A stretch of 64,000 nt of DNA from positions 15,004,001 to 15,068,000 of the forward strand of contig NC_043021.1 in the NCBI RefSeq assembly GCF_006345805.1. The letters are read 5' to 3'. This document shows positions 24,279-64,000 of this stretch, in pieces (position 1 is the stretch's first letter; each line of letters opens with the position of its first letter). This stretch comes from Octopus sinensis (lineage: Eukaryota). The translations under genes and the position numbers were made by a program. The notes under the pieces are model-generated. The model ran no database searches. It worked only from the letters and a program-made list of their open reading frames with translations, and was not told the origin of the DNA.

Positions 24279-24353
24279 AATCTATTTACCTATCTAGGTA
24301 GCTATCTGTTTGTCTATCTATGTCCACTGCATTCAGTTCACACACTCACTTTT

Positions 24354-24408
<55 letters not shown>

Positions 24409-24559
24409 AAACCCCCACCACTACCCTTACCCCATCTACATTACCACAAGGAACTGCCTAAGCCTAACCGCAACAGGAATCACCTCAAACCCCACTTTAC
24501 CCTTGTTGTTATTGTCGGGAGTTGTAAAACAGGCTGGCTTACTTGTTAAGTCTATTTAA

Positions 24560-24750
24560 CATGAAAGAAGAAGAAGAAGAAGAAGAAGAAGAAGAAGAAG
24601 ATGAAGAAGAAGAAGAGGGAGAAGGAGAAGAAGGAAAAGAAGAAGGAGGAGGAGGAGGAGGAGGAGAAGAAGAAGAAGAAGAAGAAGAAGAAGAAGGAGG
24701 AGGAGGAGAAGGAGAAGGAGGAGGAGAAGGAGAAGGAGGAGGAGGAGGAG
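24560..24750 (+). repeat. (GAA)n/(GGA)n polypurine tract
   Basis: About 190 bp that is almost purely purine on the + strand. Confidence 0.95.
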
Positions 24751-24955
24751 ATACAATGGAAAAGCAAAAAGGAAATGAAATGGGAAATACCCATGGCTGG
24801 AGAATGTCTTAGAGATGAAATGATGTGGAAAATAAATAATTGCAAAATATGAGCTTAGGGTCATGGATTTATATATATATATGTGTGTGTGTGTGTGTTG
24901 TATGTATATATGTATATAAATCCATGACCCTAAACTATATATATATATATATATA

Positions 24956-24997
<42 letters not shown>

Positions 24998-25846
24998 CAA
25001 CATACATGCATACATACATACGTGTGTATGTATGTGTGTATATATATATATATAACATACGTGTGCATGTGTGTATAATATGTATACATATGTGTGCGTG
25101 TGTGTATATATATGCACACATACATATATATATGTATGTATATACATTCATATATACATGTATATACATACATATCATTGCTATCAAGTCGCCTCACCTC
25201 TATATACCCAGGTTTTCACTACTCACTTCTCCACCACACTCCCTAATCACGCTTCTTTGGCAATATCCTGCCACTTATATTATGACCTTCAAATCTCCAA
25301 GGGCATGCCCTGGCACTTGCCACCATCTGTATCTCTCTCTCTGCTTTTACTCAACCTTCCCTTGTATATTCTGATCCCCGTCCCTTGTGAGTATGCCCGG
25401 CACTCTGCCACCATCTCTATCCTGCTGCCTCCCACTCTCTCTCTCCTCCTCCTGCACTTCCCTCAGGTTGGGTAACCATGTATCTCCTTTGCGGCAGTGC
25501 ACCTGTTTCTGTCTTCATTCCTGATCTGTCTGTCTGTCTGTCTCTCCGGCCAGGTAACCTTGTACCTCCTCTACAGCAAGACACCTGTTTCTGACACAAG
25601 ATCACCTCCTCCAATGCCCTTCCCCTCTCAAAAGATTTTTGTCTTGCAGGTAAAGTGATTGGTGTTCAGAAGGGCATCCAGCTGTAAAACCCCTGCCAAA
25701 ATAGTCTCAGAAGTCTGGTGCAGGCTTCAGCCTGGCCAGCTCCTGTTCAACCATCCCACCCATGCCAGCATGGAAGGTGGATGTTAAATGAGGATGATGA
25801 TGATGATATATATATATATATATATATATAGCAATGACCACTTTAA

Positions 25847-26066
25847 CCCTTTAGTATTTAAACCGGCCATATACGGCCGAAAGTATTCTACCTGTTTGAT
25901 GTTCAAACTGGCCAGATCCAGGCTCTCACACCTACCCTACAATGTTATTCTACATTAAGTAATTACACCATCAAGATCTTGAAGATATGAGATAATGCAT
26001 GATTAATTCAAATCACTGGGAATCAATAGGCATTATGTTTGATAGAATAATCTGAACACTAAAGGG
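25847..26066. mobile_element. piggyBac-type MITE, 220 bp
   Basis: TTAA|CCCTTTAGT ... ACTAAAGGG|TTAA. Confidence 0.85.
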
Positions 26067-26248
26067 TTAAACAAGTCAAAGTGCCGGTTGTTCAGTAAAC
26101 CATTTTCACTCAATAGCACCTGAGGTTTGGCGCATCGATGTGTGCTTTTTTTTTATTATTGAAGATACACGTGCAGTGTCACAGGGTTTAGGAGTTGTTG
26201 AAGGTTATTTACTGAACCCTCATTCATCGTCTTCGATGAGAGAATCCA

Positions 26249-26282
<34 letters not shown>

Positions 26283-26369
26283 GTGTGTGTGTGTGTGTGT
26301 GATGGATGGCGAAATAATAACAGGAGTGGGTCAGTGCCATAAATTCTTTGGTTATTTGTTGTTTTCTAA

Positions 26370-26555
26370 TTGGAGAAGAAATTCCAGATCTGGAAGCAAA
26401 ACCTGGAATCAAAGGCCTTAAATTTAACCTGGCAGAGACCAAAGTTGTTAGCAAAAAAAGAAGATAAAACTCTCTTTCCATCAGCTAAATGGTCCTGCTC
26501 AGTATGTAGGAAAGGAGTTTGCAGTAATTACATTTGCGGATGTTAAACGATGACG
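26370..26555 (+). mobile_element. RTE RT internal fragment with Zn-finger start, fused to the (GAT)n tail
   Basis: WKQNLESK-LKFNLAETKV ... KWSCSVCRKGVCSN. Confidence 0.7.
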
Positions 26556-26619
26556 ATGATGATGCTGAAAATTACTATTTTTAAATCTTACAACAAGAGA
26601 TATTCAGCAACAGTACTTT

Positions 26620-26865
26620 GTAGTAAAGATTGTTTGCCAACATAACATGGCAGTCCTCGTTTAGGACGAATGTTCCTGTAATTTAGCCCCAGGAGATATC
26701 ATCTCTAGCTGGCTATACGACACGATCTGTGTCCTTGTTCGAAAGTATAAGAATACAGATTGTGTTGTATAGCCAGCTGGAGACGATATCTCCTGGGGCT
26801 AAATTACAGCAACATTCGTCCTAAACCAGGACTGCCATGTTATGTTGGCAAATAATCTTTACTAC
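26620..26865. repeat. Fold-back (hairpin) MITE-like element, about 246 bp
   Basis: Near-perfect arms gtagtaaagattgtttgccaacataacatggcagtcct... / ...aggactgccatgttatgttggcaaataatctttactac. Confidence 0.9.
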
Positions 26866-27084
26866 GATGATGATGATGTTGATGATAATATATATAAAAA
26901 TTTTCAAGAGTTCAGGTGTCAGATCATTGATGTTTGTTGTGCATTCCACAGTCGTTATTTGATTGCTGTTATTCTGTGTATAAAGATCAGTTGTGTTTTG
27001 CAGGGTTGCTTTATTTTAACCCTTAACTTAGAAATGGAGAAAGACATAGTGATAGGGTATAAAAAATATGCCATTTGGGGCTAG

Positions 27085-27620
27085 AAATATTGCGGTACCA
27101 CTCTTGGAATTCACATCATCAGTTTGGAACCCCTATCTTGCTCAGAACATTGACCTCCTGGAATCTGTCCAGAGATGTGCAACCAAACGCATACCCTCCA
27201 TCAGACACCTACCATATTCTGTCTGAGCGCCTTGTTTCCCTGGCATGGGATTCACTGAAGCCTCCGCGGCGTCTGGCGATGGACTTGGTAAACACCCACA
27301 AAGTTATCAACCACCTCACCAACAACAACACTGAACACCTTTTTGATCTCCATGTGTCTAACACCCGTGGACATGCCCACAAAGTCAGAAAACAACACGG
27401 CTCCCATGACTTTCGGAAACATTTTTTCATGCTCAGAGTTGCTGAAGCATGGAATAAACTGCCTGCGTCAGTTGTTGACTGCCATGACACTGCTTAACTT
27501 TAAGGCCCTCATGCTTTCCGAAATCCGCCGAAACTACACCTGATTATATATACACTTTAGATGAGTTGTAGTGCACCTGAGCACTGTACACAATGTTTTA
27601 TTATTATTATTATATTATTA
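27085..27620 (+). mobile_element. Second, more decayed copy of the same CR1/L2 LINE 3' end
   Basis: SVWNPYLAQNIDLLESVQR...FRKHFFMLRVAEAWNKLP. Same 3' UTR (gtgcacctgagcactgta) and (ATT)n tail. Confidence 0.9.
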
Positions 27621-28100
27621 TGAAATTCTTCGAGCAGGCACGTGTCTTATGCAAAATCTGTGATGAGCCTGAGTGACGCTGATGACCTGGAGTCGCCTCT
27701 GATGTGTGTGTGTGTGTGTACATAGACTTTATTGTCCACTATTCAGCACATTGAATCAGTTATTGGAATCACGTCTTTGTAAGGACGTTGACGCTGTCAA
27801 AGTTCGTGTGAAACTGTATCACCCCATGTGACACAAAAACAATGTCTAGTGAGAATTAAGGAAAGGGGCGATGGAAAAAAGAAAAAAAGGATGATATGGT
27901 AGAATGAAAGAAAGAAGTGGAGAGAAAAGTTGAGAGAGAACGGGGGGGGGGGGAAGAAAAGATAGAGAGAGAAACCAGGGGATGGTGTAAATTTTTTGAA
28001 AGTATTTTTCCCAGTGCTCTATGATCAAAAGATATTCACACCAAAATGACACGACGTTATTCACATTAAGTTAGTTGTGAAATAAATAAATTTTTTTCAC

Positions 28101-28506
28101 GAGTGGCTGTGTGGTAAGTAGCTTGCTAACCAACCACATGGTTCCGGGTTCAGTCCCACTGCGTGGCATCTTGGGCAAGTGTCTTCTGCTATAGCCCCGG
28201 GCCGACCAATGCCTTGTGAGTGGATTTGGTAGACGGAAACTGAAAGAAGCCCGTCGTATACATGTATATATATATATGTATGTGTGTGTGTGTTTGTGTT
28301 TGTCCCCCCAATATCGCTTGACAACCGATGCTGGTGTGTTTACGTCCCCGTCACTTAGCGGTTCGGCAAAAAAGAGACCGATAGAATAAATACTGGGCTT
28401 ACAAAGAATAAGTCCCGGTGTCGATTTGCTCGACTAAAGGCGGTGCTCCAGCATGGCCGCAGTCAAATGACTGAAACAAGTAAAAGAGAGTAAAGAGTAA
28501 AGAGTA
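28101..28506 (+). mobile_element. SINE family A, young copy just upstream of the DYNC2LI1 promoter
   Basis: Near-consensus with CpGs retained. Ends about 140 bp before the X-box. Confidence 0.9.
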
Positions 28507-28648
28507 TGTAAAAATCTTCCTTTTCCATGTTAAACATCGACAAACGATTCCTCTGAAGTCCTACTAACGATATACTTGTTAACACTGAAACAGGAATCAT
28601 TTATCCTGCAGTTAAATATCATCAGTTACTAATTACCTTCTCAAAGTG

Positions 28649-28663
28649 GTTTCCCTTGGTTAC
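28649..28663. promoter_or_regulatory. RFX X-box-like motif in the DYNC2LI1 promoter
   Basis: GTTTCCCTTGGTTAC (reverse strand GTAACC-AAG-GGAAAC) fits GTNRCC-N0-3-RGYAAC with one common deviation. It lies about 103 bp upstream of the ATG of an intraflagellar-transport gene. Confidence 0.65.
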
Positions 28664-28765
28664 CAACACCCGCTAGGACGAAGTTTTTGCAAACTTTATT
28701 TCCCAAAGTTTATATTCCTCGTCGTTTTTTATAGAGGTGTGTCCTGTAAATGTTAACGTAGCGTC

Positions 28766-58160
<29,395 letters not shown>

Positions 58161-58194
58161 GTAAGTAAATGCTCCTTTCCATCTTACTTTTAGC

Positions 58195-58624
58195 TCTGTC
58201 TTTTACTTGTTTCTGTCATTATTCTGTGGCCATGCTGGGGCACCGTGTTCAAAGCTTTTAGTTAAACAAATTAACTCCTATTTTTAAACCGGGTATTTCT
58301 TCTGTGGCCTCTTTCGCTGAGCCGCTAGGTTACGGGAATGTAAACAAACCAACACCATTTGTCAAGGAGTAGTAAGGAACACACACACAACACACACACA
58401 TATTCCTTTACTCGTTTCGGTCGTCTGACTGTGGCCATGCTGGAGCACCACCTTAAAGGGTTTTAACCAAAGAAATCAACCCCAGGGCTTATTCTTTGTA
58501 AGCCTAGTACTTACTCCATCGGTCCCTTTTGCCGAGCCACTAAGTTATGAGCACATAAGCACACCAGCATTGGTTGTCAAGTGATGGCCGGGGTACAAAC
58601 ACAGACACACACATAAATATATGC

Positions 58625-58669
<45 letters not shown>

Positions 58670-58940
58670 ATATATATGTATGTATATATACACAATGGGC
58701 TTCTTTTAGTTTCCATCTACCAAATCCACTCAAAATGGTTTGGTTGGCCCAAGGCTATAGTAGAACACACACATACAGAGTTGCTTTTAGTTTTCGTCTA
58801 CAAGATTCCACTAACAAACGACAATTTGATCAAACTGCAAGGCCATAGTAGAAGACACTTGCCCAGTGTGGCCTGCAGAGGGACTGAACCTGGAACCATG
58901 TGGTTGGGAAGCAAACGTCTTACCACACAGCCACACCTTG
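58195..58940 (-). mobile_element. Two diverged or partial SINE family A copies just downstream of exon 10
   Basis: Tail and body motifs at 58195-58380 and 58405-58940. Confidence 0.8.
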
Positions 58941-59659
58941 ACCTACAAATGGAGAATGAAGTTGGATGATATGTGTAGATGTAGGGTGTATGTATGTACA
59001 TGTGTATATTCAGTGTTATGTATGTGTATATACTTGTGTGTGAAGAGGTTCCTTATATATATATATATATATATGTATACGGTGTATATGTGTATGTACG
59101 TAAGTGTATTTGAGTGGCTGTATATATGATGTGTATGCAAATGCGTGGTCTAGTGTGTGTGTGTGTGTGTTTGATGTTAAATTGTGTGTGGGTATGTATG
59201 TGTGTTTCAAATGCCTTCACATACACACACACATATATGTGAAATCACCTTCACACATTTACACACACAAATATATGTCATTTATACGCCCCCCACACAC
59301 ACATACGCGCATACAGATGCAACATTACCACCTGTCAAACATATACACACGCACATCATCATTGCCATCATCACCATCATCGCCATCATCACTATCATCA
59401 TCTTCGTCATCTGTGTCTCTTTCATACCAACACACGCAAACACACACATAAAACAAACATACTACTATCTATGTCACACACACACACACGTCTCTCCCCT
59501 ACCCCACAAAACATCGTTTTTGATGTTAGTGTACACTGTGTTGTACATGCATATTTGTGTGTGTGTGTGTTTGGCAGCGGCAGCGAGTGCTATACGAAGT
59601 TATATGAAGAAAGATGGGTTTTCATGTTATATCATTTGTTTGCCTTTGTTTCTCTGTGG

Positions 59660-60360
59660 CCTGCAATGTGTGTGTTTGTGTCTATGTATGTATCTATGTT
59701 GTGTGTGTGTGTGTGTATGTTTACAAATATGTGTATATATCTGTGTGCGTTTGTGTGTGTTTACATGTGTGTATATATCTGTGTGTGTGTGTGATGTAGT
59801 TTTTGTATGTTTGTGTGCTTGTATCTGTATGTGTGTATGTGTGTGTGTATATATTTATACATGTATGTGTGTGTGTGTGTTTACATATATGTGTATGTAT
59901 GTGTGTGTGTGTGTTTACATATATGTGTATATATCTGTGTTTGTGTGTTTTTACATATGTGTGTATATACCTGTGTGTGAGTGCATGTGTGTTATATAGT
60001 TTTTGTATGTTTGTGTGCTTGTATCTGTGTGTGTATATATGTATATATATATATTTATGTGTGTGTGTGTGTGTGTAGTCTGTCATTTAGTTTTATTATA
60101 TGTTTGTTTTTGTATATTTCTCTGGGTGTTTATGTCTGTTGGTGTGTGTATATGTAAGTATATCTCTCTCTCTCTCTCCATATATATATAAACACACATA
60201 CACACATATATGTATATGTGTATATATATATATATATATGCACACATATTTGTATGTGTGAATATAGTGTGTGTGTGTGTATACATGTGTGTGTGTGTGT
60301 ATATATATATATATGCACACATATTTGTATGTGTGAATATAGTGTGTGTGTGTGTATACA

Positions 60361-60404
<44 letters not shown>

Positions 60405-61075
60405 TATTTGTATGTGTGAATATAGTGTGTGTATGTGTGTGTGTGTATATATATACACTATATACGTACCAAGTTGTGTATGTATGCATGCAAAATGTGT
60501 GACACATTTTGACATTATATCACTGGTTTAGTCTTTGTATACATCAGTGTATGTTTGTCTGTGTTTATGTGTGTGTGTGTTTGTGAGTGTGTATATGTGA
60601 GTGCTTATGTTTCTGTGTAGGTATATATTGTTGTGTGTCTGAGTGTATGTTGGTGTGCATGTGTGTTTAGGTGTGTATGTGTGTTCATATGTAGATATGT
60701 ATATATTTGTGTATGTATGTGTTTGGGTGTGTATGTATGTGTATATTTTGTGTTTAAGTGTGTGTATGTTTGTGTGTATGTGTATGTGTGTATATACTTT
60801 TGTTTGTGTGTGTGTAATATATATTTTTGTGTATTTTGGTCCCTGTGTACTTATCTGTATATTTGTGTTTGTGTGTGTATTTGTTTGTGTGTGTATGTAT
60901 GTACATATATTTTTGTGTTTATTTGTGTGCGTGCACGTATATGTATATTTTGTGTGTGTGTATGTATGTATATATTTTTGTGTGTTTCGGTCTGTATATG
61001 TATGTATATATATTTTTTATGTGTTTGGGTGTGTTTGTGACACACTTTGATGTTATATTGTAGATTTTGTTTTTG

Positions 61076-61109
<34 letters not shown>

Positions 61110-61423
61110 AACATGTCCCCATCCAATAATGTACATATGTATATATTTCTGTGTGTTTGCATGTGTATATGTTCGTGTGTGACACTTCAATGTTATATTG
61201 TAGGTGTGTGTGTCTGTGTGTCCATGCAGTGCTGTGTTTAGGAAAAGATCATAAATTATCCCACCAGAAATCTCTGTAACAACAAGGAGATGTATGTCTC
61301 TATGTTTATATATATATATATGTGTGTGTATGTGTGTGTGTGTGTGTGTGTACATATATATGTAACAAGTATATATATATATATACATATATATACATAT
61401 ATATCTATATCTATATATATATA

Positions 61424-61466
<43 letters not shown>

Positions 61467-61669
61467 TATTATATATATATATATTATATATACACACATA
61501 TATGTATAATATATATTGTGTGTGTATATACATATATGTATGTATGTATGTAATAAGTAGATCTATGTCTCCGTTGCTTTCTCTATTGACGTCACAGTTT
61601 GCAATTAAGAACTGCAGCAGCAGCAACTGTTGATGGCAACCAACGCTTTAGGTGCTTTTGCATACATAA

Positions 61670-61701
<32 letters not shown>

Positions 61702-61953
61702 CTGTATATATATTTCTATATGTATTCTTGTACATATATATATATGTATATATATACATACATATACATGTTTGTATATATTAATACACCTGTATATATG
61801 AGAGACATATATACACACATATTTTATATACACACATATCTCTCTCTCTCTCTCTGTATATTGTGTATATATATATATATATATATACATATGTATGTAT
61901 GTATATATATATATATATATATATGATGATGATATATATATATATATATTATG

Positions 61954-61985
<32 letters not shown>

Positions 61986-62060
61986 ATATATGATATGATA
62001 TATATATATATAATATTATGTAATGTGTATATTATATATATATATATGTATGTATATATT

Positions 62061-62101
<41 letters not shown>

Positions 62102-62102
62102 G

Positions 62103-62137
<35 letters not shown>

Positions 62138-62160
62138 TCTATATGTGTATATCTATCTTT
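59660..62160. repeat. Large compound (TG)n/(TA)n microsatellite field (similar fields at 7.9-8.3, 16.0-17.2, 19.9-20.5, 36.9-37.3 and 47.0-47.5 kb)
   Basis: Direct reading. Confidence 0.95.
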
Positions 62161-62602
62161 AGATGGATAGATATTTCTATTGAATTGTATAAAATTCTTT
62201 ATGTAACTCTTCTTTATATTGAGTCCGCCGTTGACTCTTCGTCCTTTTGAATGAAATCCATGTCCATCTCATTATTGTCCATTCATGTGTGTGTGTGTGT
62301 ATGAGGATGCACACACATACATACACACTCACACATATACATGTCCACATACACACACATGCATGGACAATATATATTTATATACATCCGTGCATTCATA
62401 TATGTATTATATATATAGGCATAGGAGTGGCTGCGTGGTAAGTAGCTTGCTTACCAACCACATGGTTCCAGGTTCAGTCCCACTACTATAGCCTCGGGCC
62501 GGCCAAAGCCTTGTGAGTACATTTTGTAGACACTGTGGTAAAATATACGAAGCCTAGTATACCCATCATGACTACCTGTCTGATAAGGGTATTATTATTA
62601 TA

Positions 62603-62651
<49 letters not shown>

Positions 62652-62657
<6 letters not shown>

Positions 62658-62720
62658 TCACTGCCTGGAATCAAACTTGGAACCTTGGTGTTAGTAGCCC
62701 GCACTCTTAACCACTACCCC
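62652..62720 (-). mobile_element. tRNA-like head + (AAT)n, same family as the 23.9-kb head
   Basis: ggtagtggttaagagtgcgggctactaacaccaaggttccaagtttgattccaggcagtgacctgaataataat. Confidence 0.75.
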
Positions 62721-62744
62721 GATGTAAATAATGTAAATAATGAG

Positions 62745-63200
62745 CAAATATTCTGCTCATTACCACAGATTTGCTTGTCACTTGTTTGACCTTAACCAGT
62801 TGACCATGTCCCTTAGCAGTTGACGATATGTGCATCTCTCATCACAGAGCAGAAGTAGTGGGGGAGCATCATAGCCATGTGTTGAGAGGGATTCTTTAGG
62901 GTTTCAATAATTCACCTCTGGAAACATGGGTGTTTCGTTCAATATCCTTAAACAAACCTTATTCAGGGATCTTTTGAGCAGAGTTGGCTACTCGTCCTGA
63001 AGAAAATTCTATCTGGGCTCCACCTGCAAGGTCATACACTGTTTTACCTTGATATGAGGTCACCATTTTGCATACATATGGTTGCAATGTATATGCCTGG
63101 TGTACTTTTTATCAGATAGGTAGTCATGGTGGGTATGTTGGGCTTCATATATTTGTATCCCAGTGTGATTTTGATGCTATGTACTGCTCTCTCACTCTAT
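62745..63200 (+). mobile_element. Second copy of the (AAT)n-associated element
   Basis: Colinear with 12740-13190 and ends in (AAT)n. Confidence 0.75.
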
Positions 63201-63235
63201 AATAATAATTATAATAATAATAATAATAATAATAA

Positions 63236-63444
63236 TTTCAAATTTTGCCACAAGAGCAGTAATTTTGGGGGAGGGGATGAGTCGATTACATCGACCCCAG
63301 TATTCAACTGGTACTTTTCTTATCGACCCCAATAGGATGAAAGGTGAAGTCAACCTTAATGGAATTTGAACTCAGAACGTAGCACCGGACAAAATACTGC
63401 TAAGCATTTCGTCCAGTGCGCTAACGATTCTGCCAGCTCGTCAC
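63236..63444 (-). mobile_element. SINE family B variant with alternative tail
   Basis: B head and core, then gactcatcccctcccccaaaattactgctcttgtggc. Confidence 0.8.
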
Positions 63445-64000
63445 CTTAATAATAATGGTAATTCTTTCTACTAGGTCTGAAATTTTAGGGGAGTGGCAAG
63501 TTGATGACATCAACCCCAGTATGCAACAGGTACTTCATGAAGCTGACCCTCTCACCTCCCCAAGGTTCATAGTTCTATGAGCTGCATGTTACCTTAATTG
63601 TGCAGGTAAACACTAAAAGAGCACCAAGAACATGATGTAAAGTGATTGGCATTAGGAGGGGCACCCAGCCACAGAAATTATGACAAAGCAGACACTGGTT
63701 CACAGTGCAGTTCCTGGATTCATCAGATTCTGTGAAACTGTCCAATCCATGCCGGCATGGAACATGGATATCAAACTATGATGATGATGTCTTCTGCTAT
63801 TGTACCAAATTTTCTCAACCATCTCAGACAACTGTTCTCTAGAGCAAGGATTCTCAACCATTTTTTTGCCTATGCACCCGTTTGATTCTTATTTTATTCT
63901 ACTGGGCCTTCATAGACATTTGGTATGGATAAAAAAAATGGTACTTATTCTATCCATCTCTTTTACCAAACCAAAAGTTACAGGGACGTACACAAACCAA

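Noticed and set aside
24543-24852. Poly-E, poly-K and poly-S ORFs
   Set aside because: (GAA/GGA)n tract.
58161-64000. Next DYNC2LI1 exon (expected VDxNKPL..AG.DS motif)
   Set aside because: The candidate AG..GT segments at about 61230, 61598, 63465 and 63828 have stops or no similarity. The exon probably lies beyond the window.

Overview
Eukaryotic, AT-rich, microsatellite-saturated genomic DNA, very likely octopus (coleoid cephalopod). This is inferred from the repeat landscape, not proven. The one protein-coding gene I can reconstruct is DYNC2LI1 (dynein-2 light intermediate chain) on the + strand. It has 10 coding exons with canonical GT-AG sites and consistent phases, from ATG 28766 to 58160, and the gene continues past the window. 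An RFX X-box-like motif lies about 100 bp upstream of the ATG. The rest is mostly mobile DNA: several tRNA-derived SINE families, LINE fragments (RTE, CR1/L2, R4/Dong), Penelope-like pieces with minimal hammerhead-ribozyme cores, Helitrons, hAT, piggyBac, Merlin-like and fold-back MITEs, and a rearranged mariner. There are also three intronic tandem arrays (151, 33 and 26 bp units). Almost all ORFs in the supplied track are microsatellite artefacts. The most interesting candidate is a tRNA-head + (AAT)n + Penelope-type hammerhead ribozyme element at about 23.17-23.92 kb, into whose (AAT)n linker an R4/Dong element has inserted. Repeat boundaries are read by eye and are approximate unless a TSD or TIR is quoted.
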